The notes beneath the pieces were generated by a model that did no database searches, was not told where the DNA came from, and worked only from the letters and a program-made list of their open reading frames with translations. From an uncultured delta proteobacterium (lineage in GTDB: Bacteria > Desulfobacterota > Binatia > UBA9968): DNA of 64,000 bases. Position 1 is the stretch's first letter. Each line of letters begins with the position of its first letter. This document shows, in pieces, positions 30,040 to 40,296 of this stretch. The translations under genes were made by a program, and so were the position numbers. The stretch covers positions 32,001 through 96,000 of the forward strand of contig CAVYTU010000014.1 of assembly GCA_963771465.1 (NCBI GenBank), written 5' to 3'.

Positions 30040-31278
30040 ATGGCATCCATCGCGGCTTTGTTCGGTCTACAAAAACTTCCACCGGAAAAAGCGCGCGCGC
30101 TGGGCATCGTCTACGCCACTAGCGTCGCGCTCATGATGGGCGTCAATTTTATTCAGCCGGCGCTGCCGGCGCTGACGCTGGCATTCAATGTCACCGACGC
30201 CGAATTGTCCTGGGTCATGACCGTATTCACCGCGCCGGCGATTTTCTTATCGCCGATTTTCGGCGTCATCGCCGACCGCCACGGTCGACGCTTACTGCTC
30301 GCATTTGGCATGATGGCTTTCGGACTGTTCGGCGCGGCGATGGCGCTGGCGCCCAATTATACTTGGTTACTGGTTTTCCGCGCCTTACAGGGAGTCGGCT
30401 TCAGCGCGGTCATCCCGTTGACGATCGTCCTCATCGGCGATCTGTTGGAGGGCGACAAAGAGATCGGCGGCCAAGGCTTTAAAGTTTTTCTCGACCGCAT
30501 CGGCTACTTGGTTTTTCCGCCGCTTGGAGGGCTGTTGGCGACAATCGCCTGGTTCTGGCCCTTTGTATTCTACCTGCTGACGATTCCGGTCGGCGTAGCC
30601 GCGCTAGTGTGGATGCCGGAAACAAAAGGCAAAAGCAGCCAACGGACGATGACCTATCTCGGCGACATGCTGCGCCTGACGCGCCACCCGCGCCTGGTGA
30701 TCGCTTTCTCGGCGGGCTTTCTCCGTTTCTTTCTCGACTACGGCTTTCTCACCTACTTCCCGCTTTTTCTCGTCCGCGCTCACGGCATCTCGATGGCCAC
30801 CGCTGGCCTGCTGTATATCTTTTTTTCCGTTGGCGCCATGATGACGTCTAGTCAGGCCGGACGGATCGCCGCCGGGCGCGACAAGGCGAATATTCTTTTT
30901 CTCGCCTTCGTCATCAGCGGCGCGTCGGTGCTTGCGGTTCCATTCGTCGGCAATGTTTGGCTGATCGGCGGCGCGCTGTTTTTCTATGGCCTGGCCAACG
31001 GCGTGATTTCGCCGATGCAGAAAAGTTTATTGACGCAGAACGCGCCGGCGGAGCTGCGCGGCGGCATCGTCTCCTTCGACCGCTTGATCCAACAGGTGTC
31101 GAAAACTACGTCAACGTCGATCGTCGGCCTGCTGTTGGTGAGCGCCGAGCTAGCAACGATATTTTGGCTGCTGGGAATTCTTTCCTTCTTGAGCGTCGGC
31201 CTGATGGCCTGTCTGTTGCCGCGCGGACAAAGAGTTGTCCCTACCCCGGATTATTCATTCCACGAAGAAAAACCGTAA
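30040..31278 (+). CDS. MFS transporter (DHA1-like)
   Basis: GVIADRHGRR motif A, FRALQGVG, GGLL motif C. Confidence 0.9.
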   Translation: MASIAALFGLQKLPPEKARALGIVYATSVALMMGVNFIQPALPALTLAFNVTDAELSWVMTVFTAPAIFLSPIFGVIADRHGRRLLLAFGMMAFGLFGAAMALAPNYTWLLVFRALQGVGFSAVIPLTIVLIGDLLEGDKEIGGQGFKVFLDRIGYLVFPPLGGLLATIAWFWPFVFYLLTIPVGVAALVWMPETKGKSSQRTMTYLGDMLRLTRHPRLVIAFSAGFLRFFLDYGFLTYFPLFLVRAHGISMATAGLLYIFFSVGAMMTSSQAGRIAAGRDKANILFLAFVISGASVLAVPFVGNVWLIGGALFFYGLANGVISPMQKSLLTQNAPAELRGGIVSFDRLIQQVSKTTSTSIVGLLLVSAELATIFWLLGILSFLSVGLMACLLPRGQRVVPTPDYSFHEEKP

Positions 31279-31358
31279 CATTGTATCGATCGCAAATCTC
31301 AAATTGCTAAGTATGAAATCTGATATAGGTAGTTTGAAATTCCGAGCATCAGCGAGGA

Positions 31359-32462
31359 TTAGCCCAAGTGTTTCTTAAAACGTAGCGCGCTCAAAGTCAT
31401 GAACAGCGCGCCGAAGGCGGCGAGCACGACCGCTTCGTCCCACAGCGCGGCGATGCCCGCGCCGCGGAGAATAATGCCGCGGAGAATTTCCAAATAGTAA
31501 GTCGCCGGGATGAGAAAACTGAATACGTATATAATCATCGGCATGGACTCCCGCGGAAAAACAAATCCCGAGAGCAAAAACGACGGCAACATGGACATCA
31601 AGGACATCTGCATCGCCTCACCTTGATTCTTGGCGAAGGTCGAAATGACGATGCCGATGCCGAGCGCGGGTATCAAGAACAAAAGCGAAAGAAAGAGCAG
31701 CAAGGTCACCGAACCACTCACCGGGACTCGGAATAGAAAAACCATCAGCAACAACACCACAACGGTCTGAGCGAAACCGATCGCCGTGTAAGGCAAGAGC
31801 TTGCCGAGAATCAGTCCGCCTTTGGATACCGGCGTGACGAGTAGTTGCTCCAAGGTGCCGCGCTCGCGCTCGCGCACGATGGCGAAGGCAGTGAGAAAGA
31901 CCGTGACCAATTGGAGAATGATGCCGATCAAGCCCGGCACGAAAAAATTGACGCTCTCAAGGTTGGGATTGAACAACAGCCGTGGCCGGATATCGACTTT
32001 GAACTCGGCCGGAGAAATTCCCTCAATCGCCAACGATTTCATAAAACCTAATTGTTGGCTCGAATTCAACGCTTGCAGCGCGGTGGTCGATTCGGACCCA
32101 TCGATCACCACCTGTACCTGAGCCTGGCGGCCGTTGACGAGGTTGGCAGAATAGTCAGGTGGAATTTTGATGCCGACTTTGGCCCGGCCGCTGACGATGG
32201 CAGACTGAAGCTCACGATCGGAATGAACTGCGCCGATGATTTTGAAGTAGCGGGTGTTTTCAAATTCTTTGATTAGCTGGCGGCTCTCCGCGTCGCGATT
32301 GAGATCGAACACCACCGTATTGACGTATTTGACGTCGGTGTCGATGGCGTAGCCGAAAATCAACAGCTCGATGAGCGGAATCGCCATCACAAAGCGCGTC
32401 GCCGGATCGCGCTTGATGTGGATGATTTCCTTTTTGAGGATCGCCCAAAGACCGCGGAACAT
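31359..32462 (-). CDS. ABC-2 type exporter permease (YbhS/YbhR-like)
   Basis: IVRERERGTLEQLLVTP, LLSGFVFPRESMP. Confidence 0.9.
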   Translation of the reverse strand: MFRGLWAILKKEIIHIKRDPATRFVMAIPLIELLIFGYAIDTDVKYVNTVVFDLNRDAESRQLIKEFENTRYFKIIGAVHSDRELQSAIVSGRAKVGIKIPPDYSANLVNGRQAQVQVVIDGSESTTALQALNSSQQLGFMKSLAIEGISPAEFKVDIRPRLLFNPNLESVNFFVPGLIGIILQLVTVFLTAFAIVRERERGTLEQLLVTPVSKGGLILGKLLPYTAIGFAQTVVVLLLMVFLFRVPVSGSVTLLLFLSLLFLIPALGIGIVISTFAKNQGEAMQMSLMSMLPSFLLSGFVFPRESMPMIIYVFSFLIPATYYLEILRGIILRGAGIAALWDEAVVLAAFGALFMTLSALRFKKHLG

Positions 32463-32464
32463 CG

Positions 32465-33415
32465 TCACCTCCGCGTATCGTTGCGATGTATTCGCGTCAG
32501 CGTGACAAAGACATCTTCCAAAGAAGGTGGCACAGCCCGGCAATGAACCTCGTTCCCGTCCAGTTGTTTGAAGTGGCTTTCCAATGCGGCTGCGTCGGTG
32601 CCTCGGCGCGCCAGCGCGTGAATCGCTTCGCCGAAGATCGTCGCATCGAGAACGGCCGGATGCTGCCGCACTAGCGGAAGCAAATGCGTGGCATCATCGC
32701 TGGCAATTTCAAACCAACTGGAATCATCGGGCGTCAGTTCCGGCAAGCGCTTCAAGTCTTGTGGCCGGCCCAGGGCGAGCAGTTTCGAGAGGTAAATGTA
32801 GGCGACCCGCGAGCAGCGCTCGGCTTCGTCCATGTAATGGGTCGTAACGAACAACGTCGTGCCCTCAGCGGCGAGACGAAACAGTAAATCCCAAATCTCC
32901 CGGCGCGCCACCGGATCGATGCCCGCCGTCGGTTCGTCGAGAAAAACAATCTTCGGATCGTGCAGTAAGGAACAAGCGAGCGCTAAACGTTGCTTGTAAC
33001 CGCCCGAGAGCGTGGCGGCCAATTGCTCCATGCGCCCTTCCAGACCGGCCAACTCCACTACTGTGCGCCGCCGCGCCGTCATGTTCGGTTTGCCCAGGCC
33101 GTAAATCGCGCCATAAAAATCGATGTTCTCTTCCACCGTCAGATCTTCGTAGAGGCTGAACCGCTGCGACATGTAGCCGATGCGCTTCTTGATCTCTTCG
33201 GTTTGCTTGACGATATCGAGGCCGGCGAGTTCCGCCCGCCCGGCAGTCGGCTGCAGCAAACCGCAGAGCATGCGAATCACGGTCGACTTGCCGGAGCCAT
33301 TGGGACCGAGAAAGCCAAAAATCTCTCCCGCTTCAATCTCCAAGTCGAGATTGTCGACCGCGGTCAGCGCGCCGAATTTTTTCGTAAGCCCTTCGGCCTT
33401 AATGACGATGCTCAT
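32465..33415 (-). CDS. ABC exporter ATP-binding protein (YbhF-like)
   Basis: GPNGSGKST, LSGG, LDEPT, TTHYMDEAE. Confidence 0.95.
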   Translation of the reverse strand: MSIVIKAEGLTKKFGALTAVDNLDLEIEAGEIFGFLGPNGSGKSTVIRMLCGLLQPTAGRAELAGLDIVKQTEEIKKRIGYMSQRFSLYEDLTVEENIDFYGAIYGLGKPNMTARRRTVVELAGLEGRMEQLAATLSGGYKQRLALACSLLHDPKIVFLDEPTAGIDPVARREIWDLLFRLAAEGTTLFVTTHYMDEAERCSRVAYIYLSKLLALGRPQDLKRLPELTPDDSSWFEIASDDATHLLPLVRQHPAVLDATIFGEAIHALARRGTDAAALESHFKQLDGNEVHCRAVPPSLEDVFVTLTRIHRNDTRR

Positions 33416-33501
33416 GGACTTCCAGCGAGGCGCATTAGGCACCGTTCATCGGCAAGAGCGCTGCGTGTTTTTCGACCGCTGACTTTCTGATTTGTGACGT
33501 C

Positions 33502-34641
33502 TTAGCGCTTTTCGATCGTCACGTCCGCGCTCATGCCGGGACGCAGGACGTTATCCTGGTCGTCGATCACCACTTCGGTCTGAAACACTTGCAGCGCCCG
33601 CTCTTCATGAGTCTGGACATTGCGCGGGGTAAACTCGCCTTGCCGAAAAATACGCCGCACGGTGCCGCGAAAATCTTTTCCTGGGAATGAGTCGACGCGT
33701 ACTTTGACTGGCAGTCCAGGTTGAACGAAGCCCAACTGCGCTTCGGGCAGATAGGCGCGCACCCACAACGTACCGATTCTGAGCAGCGTCGCCACCGGTT
33801 TACCGGCGCCGACCAGATCGCCGGGTTCGAGATCCAAGGTATCGATCAAAGCGTCCACCGGCGCCTTGATCACAGTCTCTTCCAATTGCGTCTGGATCAC
33901 CTGAACCCGCGCCCGCGCGCCTTCCATCTCCGACTTAGCTTGAGCGATTTCCTCCTTGCGAAAGCCGCTTCTCAGTTGACGCCGTTTTGCATCAGCCTCC
34001 GCCAAACGCTGGCGCGCCCGTTCGATTTCTTCCTTGCGCGTGCCCGCGAGTAGGAGATTGTAATGCTCGCGGACCGCTGCCATTTTTTGTTCGGCTTCAT
34101 CGGCCTTAGCCAGCGCGTCGTCGTATTCTTGCTTGGCAATCAGTTCGCGCTTGGCGAGTCCATCCATGCGTTGTAAAAACGTCTGCGCGTTCTCAGCCTG
34201 CGCTTTGGCCGCTTTCCACTCGGCGGCCGCCTGGTCGATCTCTTGCTGACGCGGCCCGGAGACTAATTGATCCATTTCTGCTTGCGCTTGCTTCACCGCC
34301 GCCTCAGCCTGTTCGATCTCTTCCTTGCGAAAACCTGCCGTGAGCAGCGCGTATTTCGCTTCCGCTTGACCCAATCCAGCTTGCGCCTCGGCATAGGACG
34401 CGTCGATCTCTTTCGGCTCCAAGAGCACAAGTGTCTCGCCAGCCTTAACAGCCTGGCCTCGTTTAGCGACGACCTTGAGCACCCGGCCGCCGATTTTCGA
34501 GCCGACGTGAATGTCGTCAGCTTCAATGACACCCGAAATCACGATAGCGCTGTCATTGCTGCTAGCATTCCAAAAATAATAGCCGGTAACCATCGCCAAA
34601 GCTGCGGCGACTGTAATGAGAATGACCTTGTTGCGGTTCAT
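33502..34641 (-). CDS. HlyD/YbhG-type membrane fusion protein
   Basis: TM anchor, coiled coil, EFTPRNVQT, LRPGMSADV. Confidence 0.9.
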   Translation of the reverse strand: MNRNKVILITVAAALAMVTGYYFWNASSNDSAIVISGVIEADDIHVGSKIGGRVLKVVAKRGQAVKAGETLVLLEPKEIDASYAEAQAGLGQAEAKYALLTAGFRKEEIEQAEAAVKQAQAEMDQLVSGPRQQEIDQAAAEWKAAKAQAENAQTFLQRMDGLAKRELIAKQEYDDALAKADEAEQKMAAVREHYNLLLAGTRKEEIERARQRLAEADAKRRQLRSGFRKEEIAQAKSEMEGARARVQVIQTQLEETVIKAPVDALIDTLDLEPGDLVGAGKPVATLLRIGTLWVRAYLPEAQLGFVQPGLPVKVRVDSFPGKDFRGTVRRIFRQGEFTPRNVQTHEERALQVFQTEVVIDDQDNVLRPGMSADVTIEKR

Positions 34642-34677
34642 GAGTCACAAGAGTGCGAATAACGGAGCGACAGGCGT

Positions 34678-35550
34678 TTAAAAAGCTTTGTATTCCTTAT
34701 CCTCGCGGCTCTCGGTTTCGAGCTGGATGGTGATGTGCTCGATGTGAAAGCGCTCTTTGAGGGTGTCTTCGATACCGTTCAGCACCTGGTGAAAATCGCC
34801 GCCGTTTTCCACCACCGCATGGGCGCTGAGCGTGTAGATATCGGAAGTTACCGCCCACACGTGCAGGTCATGAACCTTGGCGACGCCGTCGACGGATTCG
34901 ATGGTCTCGCGCACCTCTTCCAGGCGGATGCCTTTGGGCACGGCTTGCATCAAGACGCTGAGAGAATCTTTGATTAAGCTCCACGACGAAAAAAGAATCA
35001 GCGCGCCGATAAAAACACTGATCAGCGGATCGGCGAGATACCAGCCGGTGCTCAACATGATCAGACCCGCGACGATCGCCCCCACCGAACCAATGGCATC
35101 GCTCAAGACGTGCAGGAACGCGCCGCGGACATTGAGATTGTGACGATGGCCGCCGTGGAGAATCACGGCAGCGGCGATATTGACCGCCAAGCCGAATACC
35201 GCGACGACCATCATGCCGTAGCTCTCGACCACGGGCGGATTGAAGAAGCGCTGGTAGGCCGCCGCGAAAATAACTCCCACGATCAGCCATAACGTCAAAC
35301 CGTTAAACAGCGCGGCGAGAATCTCGACGCGATGAAAGCCGAAAGTGCTATGATGGGTCGCGGGCCGTTGGGCCATGCGAAAGGCGAACAAGCTTAGCGC
35401 CATGGCGCCGATATCGGAAAGCATATGGCCGGCGTCGGACAGTAAGGCCAAGCTGTTGGTTAAGAAGCCGGCGATCAGCTCGGCGAAAAAATACAGCGCA
35501 CTGATCGCCAGAGCCCACTTCAGCCGCTGTGTCTCACTATGCCGCGCCAT
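34678..35550 (-). CDS. Cation diffusion facilitator (CzcD/ZitB-like)
   Basis: SLALLSDAGHMLSD, LHVLSD, VHDLHVW, HITIQLE. Confidence 0.95.
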   Translation of the reverse strand: MARHSETQRLKWALAISALYFFAELIAGFLTNSLALLSDAGHMLSDIGAMALSLFAFRMAQRPATHHSTFGFHRVEILAALFNGLTLWLIVGVIFAAAYQRFFNPPVVESYGMMVVAVFGLAVNIAAAVILHGGHRHNLNVRGAFLHVLSDAIGSVGAIVAGLIMLSTGWYLADPLISVFIGALILFSSWSLIKDSLSVLMQAVPKGIRLEEVRETIESVDGVAKVHDLHVWAVTSDIYTLSAHAVVENGGDFHQVLNGIEDTLKERFHIEHITIQLETESREDKEYKAF

Positions 35551-35685
35551 GAAGTCTATCGGCTGGAAACAAAGTAATCACTGACTCAGTATGGCCCAAC
35601 ATTTCGCCAGAAGAAAGCACGCCGGCAAATACAGAAATGAGACGGATCCTTCCCCGTTCTGTATCCCTGTCTCAAGTCTTATTCT

Positions 35686-36843
35686 TTAATCCTGGTTGTT
35701 TTTGAGCATCATGAAAAACAGTCTTCCCGGCCGATTCATATATCCAGCCATCCCACCCGGCTCCTCGCCGGTGCCGAAATAGATATCGGCGCGCTGCAAG
35801 CCGCGGATCGCGCCGCCGGTATCCTGGTTGAGCATCAAGCGCCGCATCGGCCGCCAGCCGGCCAATCGCCCGGCTGCATCGATGACGGGAATCTCCGTTT
35901 CGACTAAAGCGAGCGCGCCCTTGGGAAAAAGCCGGTAATCGGTCGCAATGCTTCTGCCCGCGGTCACCGGCACTTCGAGACTGCCGAGCGGGCCGCCGGC
36001 GACCACGCGAAAGAAAACGTAACTTTCGTTGTAAGCGAAAATCTCGTCGCGTTCCTGCGGATTGTCATTGAGATATTGGCGCAGCCGCTGCATCGACATC
36101 GCTTCTTTGGCGATTTTGCCGTTGTCGATGAGCAATCGGCCGATGCTTCGATAAGGCAGACCATTTTGTGCCGCATAGCCGACGCTCACCTGACCGCCGT
36201 CCGGCAGACGGACAATCCCCGAGCCCTGAATATGCAGAAAAAAAACATCGATCGAATCTTTCACCCAAGCGATCTCCAAGCCGCGTCCCTTGAGCGCGCC
36301 CAATGCGTCAATCTCTCGGCGCGTGTAATAAGGAACCAAACCTTCTTGCTCCATGCGCCCGACGCTTCTCTCTCCGTTCTGCGCCGACTCGGCCACCATC
36401 AGGTCGAGCGGTTTTGCGTAAATCGGAAAGCGGTAATCCTCGGTCGCCACCAGACTGCCTTCAATCACCGGCTGGTAATAGCCAGTGAACAAGACCTTGG
36501 ACATTTCCGGATCGGCATGGGAAGGAATCCATTCGAAGCGCGCCGCGATCTCACGAGCCAGACATTCTCGGCAGCTCCATCGGCTCAACAACTGCTCGAA
36601 GGCAATCAGCGAACGTCGCACCTCGGCGGCAGTTAGTTCGCGCGGCTCCACGCCAACGATACGATCGGGCGGCAACCTTTCTAGATAGGCAAGGCTATGG
36701 CGAATCGCCGCGCGCAACGACTCGGCGTCAAGATCGTCACCCATCAGTGTCGGAGCCGACGCCGGCGGCAGCGCGCAACTCGACAGCAACAAAATCAAAA
36801 CAATCCACTGGCAAGTTGCGAGACACTTGCAGCGACGAACCAT
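35686..36843 (-). CDS. mltA: Membrane-bound lytic murein transglycosylase A
   Basis: Lipobox LSSC; FTGYYQP, HIQGSG, QDTGGAIRG..RADIYFG (3D domain). Confidence 0.9.
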   Translation of the reverse strand: MVRRCKCLATCQWIVLILLLSSCALPPASAPTLMGDDLDAESLRAAIRHSLAYLERLPPDRIVGVEPRELTAAEVRRSLIAFEQLLSRWSCRECLAREIAARFEWIPSHADPEMSKVLFTGYYQPVIEGSLVATEDYRFPIYAKPLDLMVAESAQNGERSVGRMEQEGLVPYYTRREIDALGALKGRGLEIAWVKDSIDVFFLHIQGSGIVRLPDGGQVSVGYAAQNGLPYRSIGRLLIDNGKIAKEAMSMQRLRQYLNDNPQERDEIFAYNESYVFFRVVAGGPLGSLEVPVTAGRSIATDYRLFPKGALALVETEIPVIDAAGRLAGWRPMRRLMLNQDTGGAIRGLQRADIYFGTGEEPGGMAGYMNRPGRLFFMMLKNNQD

Positions 36844-37232
36844 TTGCGCCAGAGTTAGCAGCGTTGAATCACCAAGAGATTAGAAAAGAAGTGGCGCGGA
36901 TTCTCGACAAATTGCCGCGCCGTTTTCGTGAGCAGCTGCACAACCTCGAGATCGTCGTCGAAGAGCGGCCGTCCGAAGAGTTACTCCGCAGCGAAGGACT
37001 CGACCCGCGCTGCGACACTTTGTACGGCATTTATGAAGGCATCCCACTGCCCGAACGATCGGTTCTCGACCTGCCATTACTACCCGATAAAATCACCATA
37101 TTCGCCGAACCGCTGCTAGAAGATTTTCCCGACCCGCAAGAACTGCGTGAAGAAATCCGCCTCACAGTGATCCACGAAATCGCCCACTATTTCGGCATGG
37201 ACGACGACGAGATCGAGGATCTGGGTTACTAA
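36747..37232 (+). CDS. Zincin-like metallopeptidase (Zincin_1); true start probably near 36860
   Basis: LYGIYEGIPL, TVIHEIAHYFG. Confidence 0.85.
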   Translation: MSEPTPAAARNSTATKSKQSTGKLRDTCSDEPFAPELAALNHQEIRKEVARILDKLPRRFREQLHNLEIVVEERPSEELLRSEGLDPRCDTLYGIYEGIPLPERSVLDLPLLPDKITIFAEPLLEDFPDPQELREEIRLTVIHEIAHYFGMDDDEIEDLGY

Positions 37233-37237
37233 AAAAT

Positions 37238-37315
37238 GCTGAGTCCTGAGTGCTGAGTTCTGGGTCCTCAGACCGGAATTTTAACTCAGGACTCAGCACT
37301 GTGAACTCAGGACTT
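37238..37315. repeat. Heptamer (TGAGTNC) inverted tandem repeat between convergent genes; possible bidirectional terminator
   Basis: tgctgagtcctgagt ... actcaggactcagca perfect 15-bp inverted repeat. Confidence 0.7.
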
Positions 37316-37317
37316 CT

Positions 37318-38406
37318 TTAATCCCTAATATCCTGCAAAAACCACTCGGTCGGCAGCTCGCGGCCGACCTTGGCCTGCTTCGCCAGCTCGACGACTTTTC
37401 CGGCGCAGGCGGCGAACTGCAGGCCCTGTGTGCCGGCGTTGATGAAAAAGGTCACCTGCTGGTTGTTCGTTCGGCCCGGAACTCTCCCGGCTCGGATGTC
37501 CATGAAATATTTGAAGTAGTCGCCTTTGTAATTATCCACCGTCGGGTTGGGAATGCGCGCGCGTTCTTCGGGTTGGCCGGCGATGTAGCCCGCGTTGCCA
37601 TGCAAACGCACCATACCTTCGTCCATGGCTTCGATGGTGTTTTTGCCGAGTTTGACCGACAGGTCGCATCGCTTGATCACGCTAGGGCCGACCTCGCAAG
37701 CCCGAACGCAGGTGATATGCGCGCCCTCTTTGAGCCATTCGGGGTTGTCGAAAACAGTTTGCGTGGAATCCGTGCAGGTTGCCACGATGTCGGACTCGCG
37801 CACGACTTTTTCCGGCGCGTCCACCGCGACCACTTCGATATCCAGCTTGCCGGTCATCTCTTTCGCGAAGCGCTCGCGGTTCGCCTTCGTCGGGCTGTAG
37901 ACTTTGACTTTTTTTAGTTTGCGCACTTCGTAAAACGCCTCTAAGTAACTGCGCGCCATGCCGCCGGAACCGAAGATGCCGACATCGCAGGCATCTTCGC
38001 GCGCTAAGAATTTCGCGCCCAAACCGGCGCAGCCGCCGACCCGCATATGCTGCAACAGTCCGTCATTGATCATCGCCAGCGGCTCGCCGTTACGAACGCT
38101 AAAAACCATGACCAAGCCGCACCAGGTTCCCGGCTGCATGCAGTATTTTTCCTCAGTCTCGCCGTTGGGCCAGTAGACGATGTCGGACTTCATGCGGATC
38201 GCGAACACGCCGATCTTGCGGCTCGCCCCTTCCATCGTCCCCCAACGGTAATATCCGTCCGGCCGGTCACACGGCATCCAAAGATCCAGGCGCGGCCGGT
38301 ACACCGCGTCGCCCTTGAGCAAATCATCGTAGCCGTCCTCCAGCGCGGCGAGGCAGTCTTTCATGGTAAATAGTTTTTCGACTTCTTGGTTGTTGATCAG
38401 CAGCAT
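37318..38406 (-). CDS. Ornithine cyclodeaminase/mu-crystallin family protein (second paralog)
   Basis: MRVGGCAGLGAKFLAR, GSGGMA, QGLQFAA; C-terminus PTEWFLQD like 18226..19302. Confidence 0.85.
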   Translation of the reverse strand: MLLINNQEVEKLFTMKDCLAALEDGYDDLLKGDAVYRPRLDLWMPCDRPDGYYRWGTMEGASRKIGVFAIRMKSDIVYWPNGETEEKYCMQPGTWCGLVMVFSVRNGEPLAMINDGLLQHMRVGGCAGLGAKFLAREDACDVGIFGSGGMARSYLEAFYEVRKLKKVKVYSPTKANRERFAKEMTGKLDIEVVAVDAPEKVVRESDIVATCTDSTQTVFDNPEWLKEGAHITCVRACEVGPSVIKRCDLSVKLGKNTIEAMDEGMVRLHGNAGYIAGQPEERARIPNPTVDNYKGDYFKYFMDIRAGRVPGRTNNQQVTFFINAGTQGLQFAACAGKVVELAKQAKVGRELPTEWFLQDIRD

Positions 38407-38553
38407 AGAAATCCTCCTGCACTTGCCTTACAACAATGGCTGCTATTTGCAAAGCTTCGTTGCTGGAAATTCACTGAAATCTCGGATTTTGATTTGACAA
38501 CTCCCGGCCATTGTCGCAAAAATAAGCCGAAATTTGACCGGGAGGAGAAAACG

Positions 38554-39465
38554 TTGAAGATTCTCAGATTCAATGACGACCGCATCGGCGTCATCAAAGA
38601 TGGCAACATGGTCGTGGACGTGAGCGACACCGTGAGCGCCCGTAAGGCCAAAGGGCCGCAGCGCGTGATGGAAGAAATCATCGAGGGTTGGCGCAAATAC
38701 CGCAAGCGCTTTGAAAAAGTCCTGGCGGAGCAAAGCGGCGTGCCGCTCGACAGCGTGCAACTGCGCAGCCCGTTCGCCCGACCCGGCAAATTTCTCGCCG
38801 CGTTCAGCAACTACATCGACCGGCCGGAACGGACCGCTGATAATTTTCCCAACGAATATTTTTACAAATCTCCCGATCTCGTCGGTCCCGGCGAAGCCGT
38901 CGAATTGCGAGACATCCCCGCTTGCGTGGTGTATCAACCCGAAGCCGAATTTGCGTTCGTCATCGGTAAAACCGCCAAAGATGTGACCGAAAAGAAAGCC
39001 CTCGATCATGTTTTCGGTTATGTGCCGATGTTCGATATTTCCACCAGAGGTCTGACGCGGCGCACCCAGTTCATCGGCAAAGGGCAAGGATCGCACGGCT
39101 GCTGCGGCCCGTGGATCATCACCAAGGATGAAATCCCCGATCCGCACAATGTCGTCGTCAAGTCATGGACCAACGGTGAGCCGCGGCAAAACTACAACAC
39201 CAGTGCCATGGCGCATAAGCTGCCGAACCAGATCGCCTGGCTGTCGAAATTTCTCACCCTCAGCCCCGGCGATGTCGTCGCGACGGGAACTTTTCATGAA
39301 GGTCTGATGCCGGTCAACGTCGGCGACACCATCGAGATCGAATTCGAAAACATGGGCCGGGCGAAATTCAATATCAAAGGCAACAGCCCACGCAAAGACG
39401 TACCGTGGCTCCCCGGCAAAAACCAGCCAACGCCGCCGCCAGGCGGTGGCATGCATATCGTCTGA
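38554..39465 (+). CDS. Fumarylacetoacetate hydrolase family protein
   Basis: EAEFAFVIGK, GPWIITKDEI, LSPGDVVATGT; GGAGG RBS before TTG. Confidence 0.85.
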   Translation: MKILRFNDDRIGVIKDGNMVVDVSDTVSARKAKGPQRVMEEIIEGWRKYRKRFEKVLAEQSGVPLDSVQLRSPFARPGKFLAAFSNYIDRPERTADNFPNEYFYKSPDLVGPGEAVELRDIPACVVYQPEAEFAFVIGKTAKDVTEKKALDHVFGYVPMFDISTRGLTRRTQFIGKGQGSHGCCGPWIITKDEIPDPHNVVVKSWTNGEPRQNYNTSAMAHKLPNQIAWLSKFLTLSPGDVVATGTFHEGLMPVNVGDTIEIEFENMGRAKFNIKGNSPRKDVPWLPGKNQPTPPPGGGMHIV

Positions 39466-39474
39466 GGAATGGGC

Positions 39475-39534
39475 CAATGGAGTATTGGAGTGATGGAGTA
39501 CTGGGTTTCCGAATTCCCAACACTCCATTATTCC
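39475..39534. repeat. Octamer-based palindromic repeat, copy 2
   Basis: aatggagtattggagtgatggagtactgggtttccgaattcccaacactccattattcc. Confidence 0.7.
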
Positions 39535-40295
39535 GTTCTTCTCGCCATTCCCCGCTGCCAGGGCAGTAACCACCGGACCACTAGATTAAAAAGCTGATTA
39601 AGGCTGTAGCCGAGCAGTGCTAAAGCCAGCATCCCCGCGTACATCTGGGCGACTTTGAAACGGCGCTGTGCGTCAAGGACGAAGTATCCGATGCCATCGG
39701 TGCTGCCAACCATTTCCGAGATCACCACGAGTATCAGCATGATCGGCAAACTGACACGCAGACCGGTGACGATCTGCGGCGAGCACGCGGGTAAAACCAC
39801 GTGCCAGATAATCTTACGTTGGGACAGACCAAATGTACGCGCAGTGTTAAGCAAAACCCAATCAAGGCCGCGCACGCCGTCGATGGTGTTCAGCAGGATT
39901 GGCCAGGCGCAGGAAAAAAAGATCACGAAAATTTTCATCTCATCGCCCAGACCGAAGAACAACAAGGCGACCGGGATCACCACCGGCGGCGGCACCGGTC
40001 GAAGCATTTCGACGACGACTTCGAGCAAGCGATAAATCCGTTGTGACAACCCCATTAAAATCCCCAATGGAATAAACACGGCGGCGGCGAGAAAATAACC
40101 CGCCGCGGCGCGTTTCATGCTGGCGAGAATTTGCCAAGGTATCTGTCCGGAAACAACCAACTCGGAGAATATTTTAGAAATCCTGCTCGGCGGCGGAATG
40201 ATCAACGCATTGATCCACTCGGTTTGCGCCAGGATCTCCCAGATAACCAGCAGTGCCAGCAGAAATAGCGGCCCAGTGAATTTCGCTGCCGCCAT
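39528..40295 (-). CDS. ABC permease, SsuC/TauC/NitT family
   Basis: LRPVPP, LNTIDGVR, EMVGSTDGIG. Confidence 0.9.
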   Translation of the reverse strand: MAAAKFTGPLFLLALLVIWEILAQTEWINALIIPPPSRISKIFSELVVSGQIPWQILASMKRAAAGYFLAAAVFIPLGILMGLSQRIYRLLEVVVEMLRPVPPPVVIPVALLFFGLGDEMKIFVIFFSCAWPILLNTIDGVRGLDWVLLNTARTFGLSQRKIIWHVVLPACSPQIVTGLRVSLPIMLILVVISEMVGSTDGIGYFVLDAQRRFKVAQMYAGMLALALLGYSLNQLFNLVVRWLLPWQRGMARRTE

Positions 40296-40296
40296 T

